Source: a bacterium | GTDB taxonomy: Bacteria > Cyanobacteriota > Vampirovibrionia > Vampirovibrionales > Vampirovibrionaceae | Direction: 5' to 3' | Length of the DNA stretch: 64,000 nt | Assembly: GCA_030429585.1 (NCBI GenBank) | Contig: JAUIEU010000001.1 | Coordinates: 427,994-491,993, forward strand | Part shown: positions 8,831-18,393 of the stretch, piece after piece | How the letters are laid out: every line of letters begins with the position of its first letter | Numbering within the stretch: the first letter of the stretch is position 1 | The notes under the pieces: generated by a model | Seen by the model: the letters and a program-made list of their open reading frames with translations, nothing else | Told to the model about the DNA's origin: nothing | The model's database searches: none | Program-made: the position numbers and the translations under genes

Positions 8831-9267
8831 GTGTTCTCGTTTAAATGTGCTCGGTATTGCTTGCCAAAATCTTTGTCTAATTTGACAGCTTCGTCAACTG
8901 ATAAACCACCCGTAGCTACGGCAACGGGTGCATCAAATTTAAAGGTAGCTGTTGAGGCTAATCGAGTAAGCTCTTTTTGTATTTCTGGTTTGAATAAGTT
9001 AAAAGCCGCCAGGTGCTTAGCACAATTACTGGGAGTGATACCCTCATTAATTATTTGTGGGTTGATATTACTATCGGCTGTATCTGGTTGTTTTAAAACT
9101 TCGTATAATCCCCACATTCTGCGATATTCTGGGGTATCTTCCATTCTTATTTTATGGATAACGGCATCTTGTATATCATCATTAGTGTAGGCCATGCTAA
9201 ATTTGGGTTGCAAGGGTGTTTTAAGGGTGTAAGAGGTGGTGGGCCGAATGGCAGAGAACATAAACAT
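8827..9267 (-). CDS. Hypothetical protein (146 aa), AT-rich orphan
   Basis: The ORF has AAAGG 4-8 nt upstream of the ATG at 9267. G+C is visibly lower than in its neighbours. No recognisable domain. Confidence 0.5.
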   Translation of the reverse strand: MFMFSAIRPTTSYTLKTPLQPKFSMAYTNDDIQDAVIHKIRMEDTPEYRRMWGLYEVLKQPDTADSNINPQIINEGITPSNCAKHLAAFNLFKPEIQKELTRLASTATFKFDAPVAVATGGLSVDEAVKLDKDFGKQYRAHLNENT

Positions 9268-9306
9268 GGCCTTTATATGGTGGTGATAGTTAGATAAACT
9301 ATCTCA

Positions 9307-9924
9307 ATGATCAAAATTGCGCTAACAGGTGGTATTGCCACCGGAAAATCCCAAATGCAGGCCTGGCTGGCCCAGCACGGTGTGCCTGTGTTGGATGCCG
9401 ATACCCTAGCCCACCAGCTGTACGCCACCGATGCCGAGTTAAAGGCCAATATTGCCCGTGCCTTTGGCCCCGATGTGTTTGAAGGCTGCGATACCGCCCA
9501 GGCGGTTAATCGCAAGGCGCTGGGGGACAAGGTATTTGGCCACCCTGACGCAATGGCTCAGCTAGAAGGGTGGATCCACCCGAAGGTGAAAGCGGCGATA
9601 GAAGATTTTTACCAGCAACACCAATCGGCCCCCTTTGTGGTGGCAGCGATTCCTATTTTGTTTGAGAAACATCGCCAACACGATTTTGATACGGTGTGGC
9701 TGGTATATGCCACCCCCGAGCAACAGTGCCAACGTTTAATGGCCCATCGCGGCCTAACCCAAGCAGAAGCGCAGGCCCGCTTGGCCAGCCAACTACCGAT
9801 TGATGACAAACGCCAATTAACCCAAGCACTGGGTGGGGTGGTGATTGAGAACACAGGCACTATCGAACAGCTGCACGATCAACTTGATGGTTTGCTAAGC
9901 AATAACCAAATAAGCCCTAATTAA
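9307..9924 (+). CDS. coaE: Dephospho-CoA kinase
   Basis: N-terminal P-loop IALTGGIATGKS, 205 aa, typical CoaE layout (LDADTLAH...). Confidence 0.9.
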   Translation: MIKIALTGGIATGKSQMQAWLAQHGVPVLDADTLAHQLYATDAELKANIARAFGPDVFEGCDTAQAVNRKALGDKVFGHPDAMAQLEGWIHPKVKAAIEDFYQQHQSAPFVVAAIPILFEKHRQHDFDTVWLVYATPEQQCQRLMAHRGLTQAEAQARLASQLPIDDKRQLTQALGGVVIENTGTIEQLHDQLDGLLSNNQISPN

Positions 9925-10628
9925 TTCTCGCTTTGCGAGTGGTAGGCTTTGCCTAGGCGTTGCATGCGGTTTTCGCTAATGGGGTGGCTGCGCAAAAACT
10001 CGGGGGTGTTGCTTGGCGATGCCTTGTGGAGCACTTCCAGGGTTTCGATGGCGCCTTGGCTGTCGTAACCGGCCTTGGTCATAAATATCACGCCGCGTTC
10101 GTCGGCTTGGTACTCGCCACTGCGGCTAAAGCGTAAATCCGCTAGGGCTAAGCCGGCACGGGTGGCCAGGTTAATAGCAGGGCTGCCGCCAAATAGCCCG
10201 TGGGCAATGCGGCTAAAAATATTCATGCCTACTTTGCGCCCCACCGTTTTGGGGATGTGGTTAAGGTCGATGTGGGCCAGTTCGTGGGCCAGTACAAAGG
10301 CGCGTTGGTCGTCGCTAGTGAGTGTGGTCCATAATTTTTTGGTAAAAATAATGTTTTTGCCATCGGTGGCCGCATTTAGGGTGTCTTCGTCATCTATTTT
10401 AAAGGTCTCTACCGTGTTGGGCGTAATGCCGTTGGCTTTCATAATGCGTACCAACATTATTTCGCCTTGTTGTTGCAGGCTTAGGCTGGGCACACTGGCT
10501 TGGGCGCTGTTTATGGGCACCGCCTGGTAGCTGGCATTATTCGCCTGTGCAGGCAGGGCGGTAACAAGGGCCATTACGGCCAACACTACGGAAAGAAAAG
10601 TGGTTTTTAAAAGAGAAGAAGAGGACAC
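9921..10628 (-). CDS. Secreted M48-family zinc metalloprotease
   Basis: Signal peptide (...ALVTALPAQA), HExxH motif (LAHELAHIDLNH), and a downstream GEYQADERG typical of M48 peptidases. Confidence 0.8.
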   Translation of the reverse strand: MSSSSLLKTTFLSVVLAVMALVTALPAQANNASYQAVPINSAQASVPSLSLQQQGEIMLVRIMKANGITPNTVETFKIDDEDTLNAATDGKNIIFTKKLWTTLTSDDQRAFVLAHELAHIDLNHIPKTVGRKVGMNIFSRIAHGLFGGSPAINLATRAGLALADLRFSRSGEYQADERGVIFMTKAGYDSQGAIETLEVLHKASPSNTPEFLRSHPISENRMQRLGKAYHSQSEN

Positions 10629-10832
10629 GGGCGAGGGATTCCTTACACCAGATTGATAATAGGTTGGTTCGCTAAGGATACTGTGCCTTATTGGCTGCGT
10701 GGGGTCAATAGCCTGTTGGGGTAAATGTAGGCCGTATTTTACCTTAGGGTAGTGCCGTAACGACGCTGATTGGTTACAATGGTTTCAGTTGGCCGGGGTT
10801 GTGTGCCCCACTAATCATAAGGAATCCTTTGG

Positions 10833-11009
10833 GTGAGTGCGTTTTTCCAAAATAATGAATTATTGTTGCCTTATCATCAGGTAACCCATGTGTTGAAATA
10901 CCCGCCAGATAGGCTGGAGATTAAGCTAGTAGACCAGCAGCAACAAACCTTGTTGGGGGATGATTGCAAGGTGTTTTTAAAGGGTTATTTGGCTTGGTTG
11001 CAACAGTAA
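10833..11009 (+). CDS. Candidate small ORF (58 aa, GTG start), below the ORF-track cutoff
   Basis: GTG at 10833 is preceded by AAGGAAT. It translates to VSAFFQNNELLLPYHQVTHVLKYPPDRLEIKLVDQQQQTLLGDDCKVFLKGYLAWLQQ. No homology was recognised. Confidence 0.2.
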   Translation: MSAFFQNNELLLPYHQVTHVLKYPPDRLEIKLVDQQQQTLLGDDCKVFLKGYLAWLQQ

Positions 11010-11166
11010 GGCCTTTTAAAGGTGCTTACAGTTTGTTACAAACTGGCATGCTGGCCGGTTTAGGGGGATTAATTGTATAGAGCCTCCGTTATGGCCTTGG
11101 CTATTGCAGGCCAGTAACGAGAGAGATAGAGACCCTCCTAACCCAACGATTTAGGTTATGTAAATT

Positions 11167-11565
11167 ATGAGTATGTTTACCCACAGCGTTACCGATGTAA
11201 ATGTAACTTTCCCCCAGGGGGCACGGGCCTACCGCCGTGCAGCACGTGCGTTTAATCGCTGCCCCAGCTGCCCAGAGGCGGCAGCGCGTTTAATGGCGGC
11301 GGCACCACAAGGTACCCCTGTAAATACAAATTGGTATAGTTCGGTTAGCCATGCGGGCCCGGCAGCTTATGCCCAGCTTTACCCTCGTGTTGTTCAAGCA
11401 CCTCAATATGTTGTAAACAATACACTGGCACCGTTGTGGCATAACACAATGCAGAATATTCACCCGTATTACCAACAGTATGTACACCCTTGTTACCAAT
11501 ATGCAGTTAATAACGTGGTGCGCCCGTGTGTTAATGCTGCCCGCCATCGTATCCCTTGGTTGTAG
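11167..11565 (+). CDS. Hypothetical Cys/Tyr/Gln-rich protein (132 aa)
   Basis: ORF with an internal duplicated motif (QYVVNNTLAPLW / QYAVNNVVRPCV). No recognisable family. Confidence 0.45.
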   Translation: MSMFTHSVTDVNVTFPQGARAYRRAARAFNRCPSCPEAAARLMAAAPQGTPVNTNWYSSVSHAGPAAYAQLYPRVVQAPQYVVNNTLAPLWHNTMQNIHPYYQQYVHPCYQYAVNNVVRPCVNAARHRIPWL

Positions 11566-11575
11566 ATGATTTTGT

Positions 11576-12466
11576 TTACTCGTTATATACCCAGCGTTTG
11601 CGCACGGCCCATTGAATCAGGGTTAGGCCTAAAATAATAACGAATAAACACACGGCCAAGGCACAGGCGGTGCCCACGTCAAAGGTGTCAAAGGCTTGTT
11701 CAAATAACCAGTGTACGAGCACGTTGCTAGCGTGGTTGGGGCCGCCTTGGGTTAGCAAATAAATGCTATCAAAGGTTTGAAAGCTGTTAATCAGCGTAAC
11801 CGTCACCAAAAAAAACAAGGTGGGGGTGAGTAGCGGAAAGGTAATATGCCAAAAGCGTTGCCAGGGGGTACTGCCATCTAGCGTGGCGGCGTGGTGTACT
11901 TCATCTGGGATGGTTTGCAGGCCCGCAAGAGTAATAAGAAAAGCGTAGCCCACGGTTTTCCATACCTGCATTATAATAAGTGCCCATAATACGGTGGATT
12001 CGTTATACAGCCAGGCGATGGGCTGCCCGTTATTAAGGGCGGTGAGTAGGCCGGTCGGGGCCAGTAGTTGGTTAAGCAGGCCTTGAGCCGGGTCGTAAAA
12101 CCAGCCCCATACTAAGGAAACACTAATAAGGGGGGCAATAACGGGCAGAAAAAAAATGCTTTGGAACCATCGTTGGCCCCGTACTAAGCCATTTACCCAC
12201 ACGGCCAATGTGGTGGCGAGTAACAGCTCGCCGGTGGCCACGCCCACAACAAACACAACGGTGTTGCCCATTATTTTAAAAAATAAGGGGTTGGTAACGA
12301 GTTGTTGGTAATTGTGTAGGCCAACCCAAGTAGGGGCACCGAGTAAATCCCACAGGGCAAAGCTAAGCCCAAAGGAGGCCAGGGTGGGTAGGTAGGTTAA
12401 CAGGGCCAGCCCAAGTAAGCTGGGGGTCACAAACCACCATATTTTTAGGGGGTTAGATTTTGTCAT
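11576..12466 (-). CDS. Carbohydrate-type ABC transporter permease (MalF/UgpA-like)
   Basis: Six predicted TM segments and an EAA-loop region (EVHHAATLDGSTPWQRFWHITFPLL). It overlaps the upstream binding-protein gene by 4 nt. Confidence 0.85.
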   Translation of the reverse strand: MTKSNPLKIWWFVTPSLLGLALLTYLPTLASFGLSFALWDLLGAPTWVGLHNYQQLVTNPLFFKIMGNTVVFVVGVATGELLLATTLAVWVNGLVRGQRWFQSIFFLPVIAPLISVSLVWGWFYDPAQGLLNQLLAPTGLLTALNNGQPIAWLYNESTVLWALIIMQVWKTVGYAFLITLAGLQTIPDEVHHAATLDGSTPWQRFWHITFPLLTPTLFFLVTVTLINSFQTFDSIYLLTQGGPNHASNVLVHWLFEQAFDTFDVGTACALAVCLFVIILGLTLIQWAVRKRWVYNE

Positions 12467-13794
12467 GGCGCCCCCTTATGCTGGGTGGTGTTGGCCAACG
12501 GGCTAAGGGTGGCAGCCAGTTGGGCGGTGGAGACAGGGTTGGTGGTATGCCAATACGGGGCCAGGGTGTGGGTCAGGTGTTTTTCAAAAGCGCCCCAGTT
12601 GGGGTGATGCGGGGTGGGGTGGCCGTGGGCCAAGGTGTCTAAAAACACAGCGCTATGGGCGGGGGGCTGGCCAGGGGCTAAAAAGGCATCGCTGTTGGCC
12701 ACATCTGGGCGGGCGGGTACCACTAACCCGCTTTGGGTAACGGCCTTAATGGCGTCTTGTCGGGTTAAAAATTGAATCAGTTGCCACCCTGCTGTGGGCT
12801 GGGTGCTGCTAGCGGCCAAGGCATACCCGGTGGCATCCACGCCGGTAATACTAGGGGTGGTGGGGTTTTGTCGTGGCATAGGCCATACATCCCACGTGAA
12901 TGTGGCATGTTGGCGCAGTAGCGGGGTTACCCAACGACCACTCACCATCATGGCTAGGCGTTGCTGCATAAACCATTGAGTGGGGGTGGCTTGGCCAATT
13001 TGGTTTTTCCGTGGGGCGATGGGGCAATCGCCAGTATGGAAATTAAGATACCGAGCCAGCCCCGCCACCCCATTGGGTTGGTGTAAGGCAAATTGACCGT
13101 TATCGGCAAGTAATTCGCCGCCATGGTTCCATACCCAAGGCAACCAAAACAGGGCGGGCTGTTTGTAAAAACTAACCCCATAAACCTTTTTGGGTAAAGC
13201 AACCTGCCGTTGGGATTGGCAGATGGCCTGGGCGGTGGCGTTAAAATCAGCCATGGTCCACTGGCGGGGTGGGTGAGGAATATGGAGTGTATCGAGCAAG
13301 GTGGTATTAATGTGCATCACCACATTAGAGACATCTCGCGGCAAAGCCCCCAAGGCATTAGGGTTGGTGTTTGTTTTAAAGGATAAGGCCTGCAAGGCGG
13401 TAGGGTAGTAGGTGTTGGCTAAGGTGTGGCCATTGGTAAACGTAGATAAATCCTGTACCAAGCCGTGCTGGGCAAACATGGGCAGGTGGTAGCTATTAAT
13501 CAGGAAAACATCCGGCAGGCGTTTGGCGGCGGCTAAAATGTGGAGTTTTTGTAAGTAGTTCTCTGGTATATGGCGCAGGGTAACATGGGTACCAGGGTGT
13601 TGTTGATGAAACAGGGCCAGTTGTTGCTTTAGCTGGGTTATTTCTGCCGTATTGCCCCAGGTGGCCAAGGTAATGGGGGTTGTGGTTGGGGGGCTGGGGT
13701 TGGCGGTGTTTGTGTGCTGGCACCCCATAAATACCAAACACCCCATTAGTATGGTGGGCAGGGTTAAGGTATATAAACAGGTCAAAAAGCGCAT
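12463..13794 (-). CDS. ABC transporter substrate-binding lipoprotein (family-1 solute-binding protein)
   Basis: Lipobox-like N-terminus (LMGCLVFMGC), ~440 aa, with composition and layout typical of sugar-binding proteins. It sits immediately upstream of the permease. Confidence 0.8.
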   Translation of the reverse strand: MRFLTCLYTLTLPTILMGCLVFMGCQHTNTANPSPPTTTPITLATWGNTAEITQLKQQLALFHQQHPGTHVTLRHIPENYLQKLHILAAAKRLPDVFLINSYHLPMFAQHGLVQDLSTFTNGHTLANTYYPTALQALSFKTNTNPNALGALPRDVSNVVMHINTTLLDTLHIPHPPRQWTMADFNATAQAICQSQRQVALPKKVYGVSFYKQPALFWLPWVWNHGGELLADNGQFALHQPNGVAGLARYLNFHTGDCPIAPRKNQIGQATPTQWFMQQRLAMMVSGRWVTPLLRQHATFTWDVWPMPRQNPTTPSITGVDATGYALAASSTQPTAGWQLIQFLTRQDAIKAVTQSGLVVPARPDVANSDAFLAPGQPPAHSAVFLDTLAHGHPTPHHPNWGAFEKHLTHTLAPYWHTTNPVSTAQLAATLSPLANTTQHKGAP

Positions 13795-13992
13795 GGGGCG
13801 TGGATTCTTAAGATATCCTTAAGGCCTGTAACAGTTAATAGGAATCAGGCAATTTAGGGTGTGCGGAGGTTTTTTATTGGTATAACGCTATTGTAGCGTG
13901 GATTCCCCAAAACAGGAGGGGCGGTTACCACGCCGAAATGATAGCGACTAACACTTATTTTATGTAATCACCCAAAAGAGCTTATTGCCGCC

Positions 13993-14298
13993 ATGTTCCA
14001 TTTTGACGAACGCCTTGAAAAACTATTAGAAACCGCCACCCGCCACCAACGGGAACATGCCATGGTGTGGTTTGCGGTGAATGAAAATCATCCGAAGGCG
14101 TTGTCTGAAGAATTAAACACGGTGCTGGATAACTTGGCCACAGCCACTAGTAGCGATACCTTAAAAGTGTATGCCGATAGCCACCCTAAAGAATGGGTAG
14201 AGCTAACCGTGCTGAATGAATTTGGCCCGGATTTTCGTTTTCGTCCGGCGTTTAAAGTGCTGGTGGATGGCATTTATAACCGAATGTTTGCCGCCTAA
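13993..14298 (+). CDS. Hypothetical protein (101 aa)
   Basis: ORF with normal composition and no recognisable domain. Confidence 0.5.
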   Translation: MFHFDERLEKLLETATRHQREHAMVWFAVNENHPKALSEELNTVLDNLATATSSDTLKVYADSHPKEWVELTVLNEFGPDFRFRPAFKVLVDGIYNRMFAA

Positions 14299-14477
14299 AC
14301 CACAACAATACCGCGGTTTAATGTATAGCGAGTTAGAGACAATTTATACCATTTAGAGAAGAGAGAGACGTGACCATTATGGGATTAATAATGCGAGTAA
14401 TACGGCTAGTATTTATTGGGTTTAACTACCGGCCTAGTATGTAGCGCCAGGCCAAAACCTTTTTTATACTATGTTGG

Positions 14478-15668
14478 CTAGCTTATGGCTTTGTATAGCG
14501 CTAACACGCCTTTGGCATGGTGGGTTTCGCTAAACGCAGTGCAGTAAGCGCGCAATGCTCCTGTAGAAGGCTGATTAGTATCGGTTAGGGCGTGGCGTAT
14601 GGTGGCGGCTATGTGGGCAGGATTGTCTGGTTTAAATAGGTAGTGGGGGCCTAAAATAGGGGTAATTACTTCCGGTATGGCGGCGGCATTGCTGCCAATG
14701 CAGGGCTTGCCGTGGGCCATGGCTTCAATCAATACTCGGCCAAAGGCTTCGTTGGTGCTGGGCAGGGCGAGTATATCCATGTGGGCATACATATCGGCTT
14801 TGTTGGTACAAAAGCCATGGAAGATAACCCGATCGTCCACGCTTAAGGTATGCACCAACTGACGAATTTCAACTTCAGCATTGGCATCCACAAACTTGCC
14901 AAAACAATGGAGGGTAACAGGGGGCTGGCCTGCTTGTTGGTTGCACTGGGCAATGGCATGGATAAGCGGAATAATCCCTTTGCCTGGCGAAATTCGGCCC
15001 ACGTACCCCACGTTGGTTTTGGTGTGCCCCTGGGGTTCGGCAGGTGTGTAATCTGGCAGGGTAAACGGGTTGTAGATAATACTGGCGAGGTCATCACTAC
15101 AAGTAAACTGGTTGCGCACTGCTTTGGAAATGCACAGTAGTTTGCCGCCTGTGGCTATGGTTAGGTTTTGGCAGATCCAGCGCACTAGCCACACGGGCAG
15201 TAGCGGCTGAAACCGCGGGTTGGGAATGCTGGGCATTTCTCGGATATGCCACACATGGGGTACCCCGGCAAGCCAAGCGGCCAAAGGCCCTTCTAGAGAT
15301 ACTAGGCTGTTGGTGTGGACGAGGGTAATATTATGGCGGCGGATAAGTTGGGCCAGTTTAGGTACTCGCCATAGGCTTGTCCACACCATGCCAGCTATAT
15401 CGCCGATGGATTGAAGCAAGCTGCGCTTGGTGTGTTTTACCCATTGTACCCGTTGGTGGTGGTGTACCGTAATGGCGGGCATGGTGGCCAGTTCGTCTTC
15501 TAAAGGGCCAGGGCGCGCTAAGGATACATGGACGTTAATGTTGCTGGGCAGTTGCTTCAGTAGCAGCAATAAGCTTTGTTGGGCACCATACATGCCACCT
15601 TCGTGGGAGATGTATAGCACCCGCAAGGGGTAGGTTTTAGCAGAAAATGAATCGGATGACGCGTTCAT
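14478..15668 (-). CDS. Glycosyltransferase, GT4/GT-B family
   Basis: N-terminal YISHEGGMYGAQQS and C-terminal E-x7-E region (PSTNEAFGRVLIEAMAHGKPCIGS), typical of GT4 enzymes. Confidence 0.8.
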   Translation of the reverse strand: MNASSDSFSAKTYPLRVLYISHEGGMYGAQQSLLLLLKQLPSNINVHVSLARPGPLEDELATMPAITVHHHQRVQWVKHTKRSLLQSIGDIAGMVWTSLWRVPKLAQLIRRHNITLVHTNSLVSLEGPLAAWLAGVPHVWHIREMPSIPNPRFQPLLPVWLVRWICQNLTIATGGKLLCISKAVRNQFTCSDDLASIIYNPFTLPDYTPAEPQGHTKTNVGYVGRISPGKGIIPLIHAIAQCNQQAGQPPVTLHCFGKFVDANAEVEIRQLVHTLSVDDRVIFHGFCTNKADMYAHMDILALPSTNEAFGRVLIEAMAHGKPCIGSNAAAIPEVITPILGPHYLFKPDNPAHIAATIRHALTDTNQPSTGALRAYCTAFSETHHAKGVLALYKAIS

Positions 15669-15692
15669 AAGAATAAAGCCAAAAGCAAACGG

Positions 15693-16319
15693 CTATACCA
15701 ACGTCGGGGCAGGGTGTTTAGCGTCGTATGCGGTTTCAAAGGTGGTAATATTACCCATTACTTTTAGGCTGTAGCCAATATCATCCAGCCCTTCCATTAG
15801 GCAGGTTTTTCTAAAGCTATCAATCTCAAACGGTTGCATATCAATGCCCCATGCAGCAGGGAAAGTAACGGTTTGGCTGGGTAAATCTACCGTTATGGTG
15901 CTGGTGGTATCGCTAGTGGCTTTTTGGATAGCTGTGTTTAAAATAGCTTTGGGCAGCACAATGGGTACTAAGCCGTTTTTTAGGGCGTTGTTATTAAAAA
16001 TATCAGCAAAGCTTTCGGCCAAAATGGCACGGATGCCAAAATCCGTTAGTGCCCACGGGGCATGCTCTCTCGAGCTCCCGCAGCCAAAGTTATCGCCGGC
16101 TATTAAAATTTGGCCTTGCTTGTAAGGCGCTTGGTTTAGCGGAAAATCCTCTTTAGGGCTGCCGTCGGCGTGGTAGCGTAAATCGCTAAACACGGCATCG
16201 CCCAAGCCAGCTTTATCGGTAACGGTTAAAAACCGGGCTGGGATAATTTGGTCGGTATCCACATTATCTAACGGTAGTGGGATGCCAATGCTGGTAAGGG
16301 TAGTAATGGGTTTAGGCAT
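15693..16319 (-). CDS. leuD: 3-isopropylmalate dehydratase small subunit
   Basis: Motifs DTDQIIPARFL and GDNFGCGSSREHAPWAL; 208 aa. Confidence 0.92.
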   Translation of the reverse strand: MPKPITTLTSIGIPLPLDNVDTDQIIPARFLTVTDKAGLGDAVFSDLRYHADGSPKEDFPLNQAPYKQGQILIAGDNFGCGSSREHAPWALTDFGIRAILAESFADIFNNNALKNGLVPIVLPKAILNTAIQKATSDTTSTITVDLPSQTVTFPAAWGIDMQPFEIDSFRKTCLMEGLDDIGYSLKVMGNITTFETAYDAKHPAPTLV

Positions 16320-16340
16320 AATAAATGCGGCTCCAAAAAA

Positions 16341-16850
16341 TTATAGTAAAGACTTTTTCATGACGATGCCGGGGCTTTCGTAGCCATGTTTTTTGTAAAA
16401 CGCTTGGGCTTCTGTAGCGTGGTGGTAGGTATCTAGCTTAATAGCGGCATAGTTTTTGCTGCGGGCAAAATCTTCGATGTGTTGCATCATTATTTTACCT
16501 AGGCCTTGGCCGCGTACGGTATGATCCACCACAAAGTTATCCATTTCGATGTGATTGCCGCACCAAAACTTGCTCAGCTCCCAAAAGCCGCACACGCCAA
16601 TCGATAGGTTGGTGTCGTCGTTTTTGCAGACAAGTTGCCGGTAGCCCTTGGTTACCATAATAGGCAGCTGGGCTTGGTATTGCTCATGCGTCAACTCCGG
16701 GTTCAGCTGTTTGATTAACTCGAATTGGGGCAGCATATCTTCAACCGTGGTAGCCACCATGGTGGTACAGGCGGGGCAGGAGTTGGCAATATCTGGGCAA
16801 TGCTGCATGGGGAGGAGGCTCTTTATGTGTTTAGCTGTACTGGCGTACAT
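16341..16850 (-). CDS. GNAT-family N-acetyltransferase
   Basis: Acetyl-CoA binding motif [16 protein letters not shown] and C-terminal [10 protein letters not shown]. The start is uncertain: ATG at 16850 overlaps the leuC stop by 20 nt, and alternatives exist at 16808 and 16760. Confidence 0.8.
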   Translation of the reverse strand: MYASTAKHIKSLLPMQHCPDIANSCPACTTMVATTVEDMLPQFELIKQLNPELTHEQYQAQLPIMVTKGYRQLVCKNDDTNLSIGVCGFWELSKFWCGNHIEMDNFVVDHTVRGQGLGKIMMQHIEDFARSKNYAAIKLDTYHHATEAQAFYKKHGYESPGIVMKKSLL

Positions 16851-18264
16851 CTACCAACTTACCGTTTAAAGCAGCGGCAGCTGCCATGGCTGGGCTCATT
16901 AGTAATGTGCGTCCGCCTTGGCCTTGGCGGCCTTTAAAGTTTCGGTTGCTGGTACTGGCGCATACTTGGCCGGGCTCTAGTTTGTCGCCATTCATGGCAA
17001 TGCACATGCTGCAACCGGGCTCGCGCCATTCAAAGCCAGCATTGGTAAATATGGTGTGCAGGCCTTCGGCTTCTGCTTGGCGCTGCACAGGCTGAGAACC
17101 CGGTACCACGAGCGCCCGAATATTGGCATTAACGGTGCCGTGCTTAGCAATGGCGGCGGCTGCGCGTAAATCTTCAATACGGCTATTGGTGCAGCTGCCA
17201 ATAAACACCACATTAATATCCGTGCCAATGAGGGGTTGATTAGCTTTTAAATCCATATAGCTTAAGGCTTCCTCAAGTTCCGCCTTGGCGCTGCCTTCTA
17301 GGGTTTCTGGCGTGGGTACACACTGGGTAATGCCAGCGCCCATACCCGGGTGGATGCCATAGGTGACCATGGGTTCGATGGTGCTGCCGTCTAGGGTTAC
17401 TTCGGTATCAAAGGTGGCGCCTTCATCGCTATACAAGGTTTGCCAGTGGGCTAGCTGTTTATCCCATGCCTCGCCCTTGGGGGCATAAGGCAATTCTTTT
17501 AAGTAATCATAAGTCACGTCATCAGGGGCTACCAAGCCAGCGCGGGCGCCGGCTTCAATACTCATATTGCAAAGCGTCATGCGGCCTTCCATACTTAGGC
17601 TTTCAATCGCTTCGCCGCGGTATTCCATTACATAGCCGGTACCGCCGCCCATGCCAATTTTAGCAATAATGGCTAAAATCACATCTTTAGCGGTAACGCC
17701 GGGCTGCAGTTGGCCGGTGACGTTTATTGCCATAGTTTTGCTAGGTTTTTGCAGCAGGGTTTGGGTGGCCATCACGTGGGCCACTTCGCTGGTGCCAATG
17801 CCGTGGGCTAGCGCGCCAAAGGCGCCGTGGGTAGCTGTATGGCTATCGCCACACACAATCGTCATGCCGGGTTGTACTAGGCCCATTTCTGGGGCAATAA
17901 CATGCACAATCCCCTGTTGGCCGCTTTCTGGCCCATATAGTTGCACCCCAAAATCAGAGCAATTTTTAATGAGGGTATCCACTTGGTGCTTGGTTTTGTC
18001 ATCGGTAAACACAAATTGGCCGTTGGCATCCCTGGGTGTAGTCGGGGTGCTGTGATCCATGGTACCAATTGTGCGATCTGCCCGGCTTAGTGGGATATTT
18101 CGGTTGCGTAATTCGGTAAAGGCTTGGGGCGAGGTTACCTCGTGGATAAGGTGTAAATCGATGTACAACGAAGTAGGATGGCCAGCTTGTTGGCTGTAGG
18201 CGCTAGGCACCACGTGGCGTTGCCAAATTTTATCGTACAGGGTTTGAGGGGTTGAAGCAGACAT
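16831..18264 (-). CDS. leuC: 3-isopropylmalate dehydratase large subunit
   Basis: Aconitase-family Fe-S ligand motifs [18 protein letters not shown] and GCSMCIAMN. The start is placed at ATG 18264 ([14 protein letters not shown]), preceded by GGAAAG. Confidence 0.93.
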   Translation of the reverse strand: MSASTPQTLYDKIWQRHVVPSAYSQQAGHPTSLYIDLHLIHEVTSPQAFTELRNRNIPLSRADRTIGTMDHSTPTTPRDANGQFVFTDDKTKHQVDTLIKNCSDFGVQLYGPESGQQGIVHVIAPEMGLVQPGMTIVCGDSHTATHGAFGALAHGIGTSEVAHVMATQTLLQKPSKTMAINVTGQLQPGVTAKDVILAIIAKIGMGGGTGYVMEYRGEAIESLSMEGRMTLCNMSIEAGARAGLVAPDDVTYDYLKELPYAPKGEAWDKQLAHWQTLYSDEGATFDTEVTLDGSTIEPMVTYGIHPGMGAGITQCVPTPETLEGSAKAELEEALSYMDLKANQPLIGTDINVVFIGSCTNSRIEDLRAAAAIAKHGTVNANIRALVVPGSQPVQRQAEAEGLHTIFTNAGFEWREPGCSMCIAMNGDKLEPGQVCASTSNRNFKGRQGQGGRTLLMSPAMAAAAALNGKLVDVRQYS

Positions 18265-18393
18265 GCGATTACTTTCCGAGTAGGTGCTTTGTATAGCAGG
18301 CGACAGACACACAATTGTCTGTTATTGTGGCATAAACACGTCTCGTAATGCGGCCCATGGGCGCGCTAACATTAACACACAGGGCATAACTAA

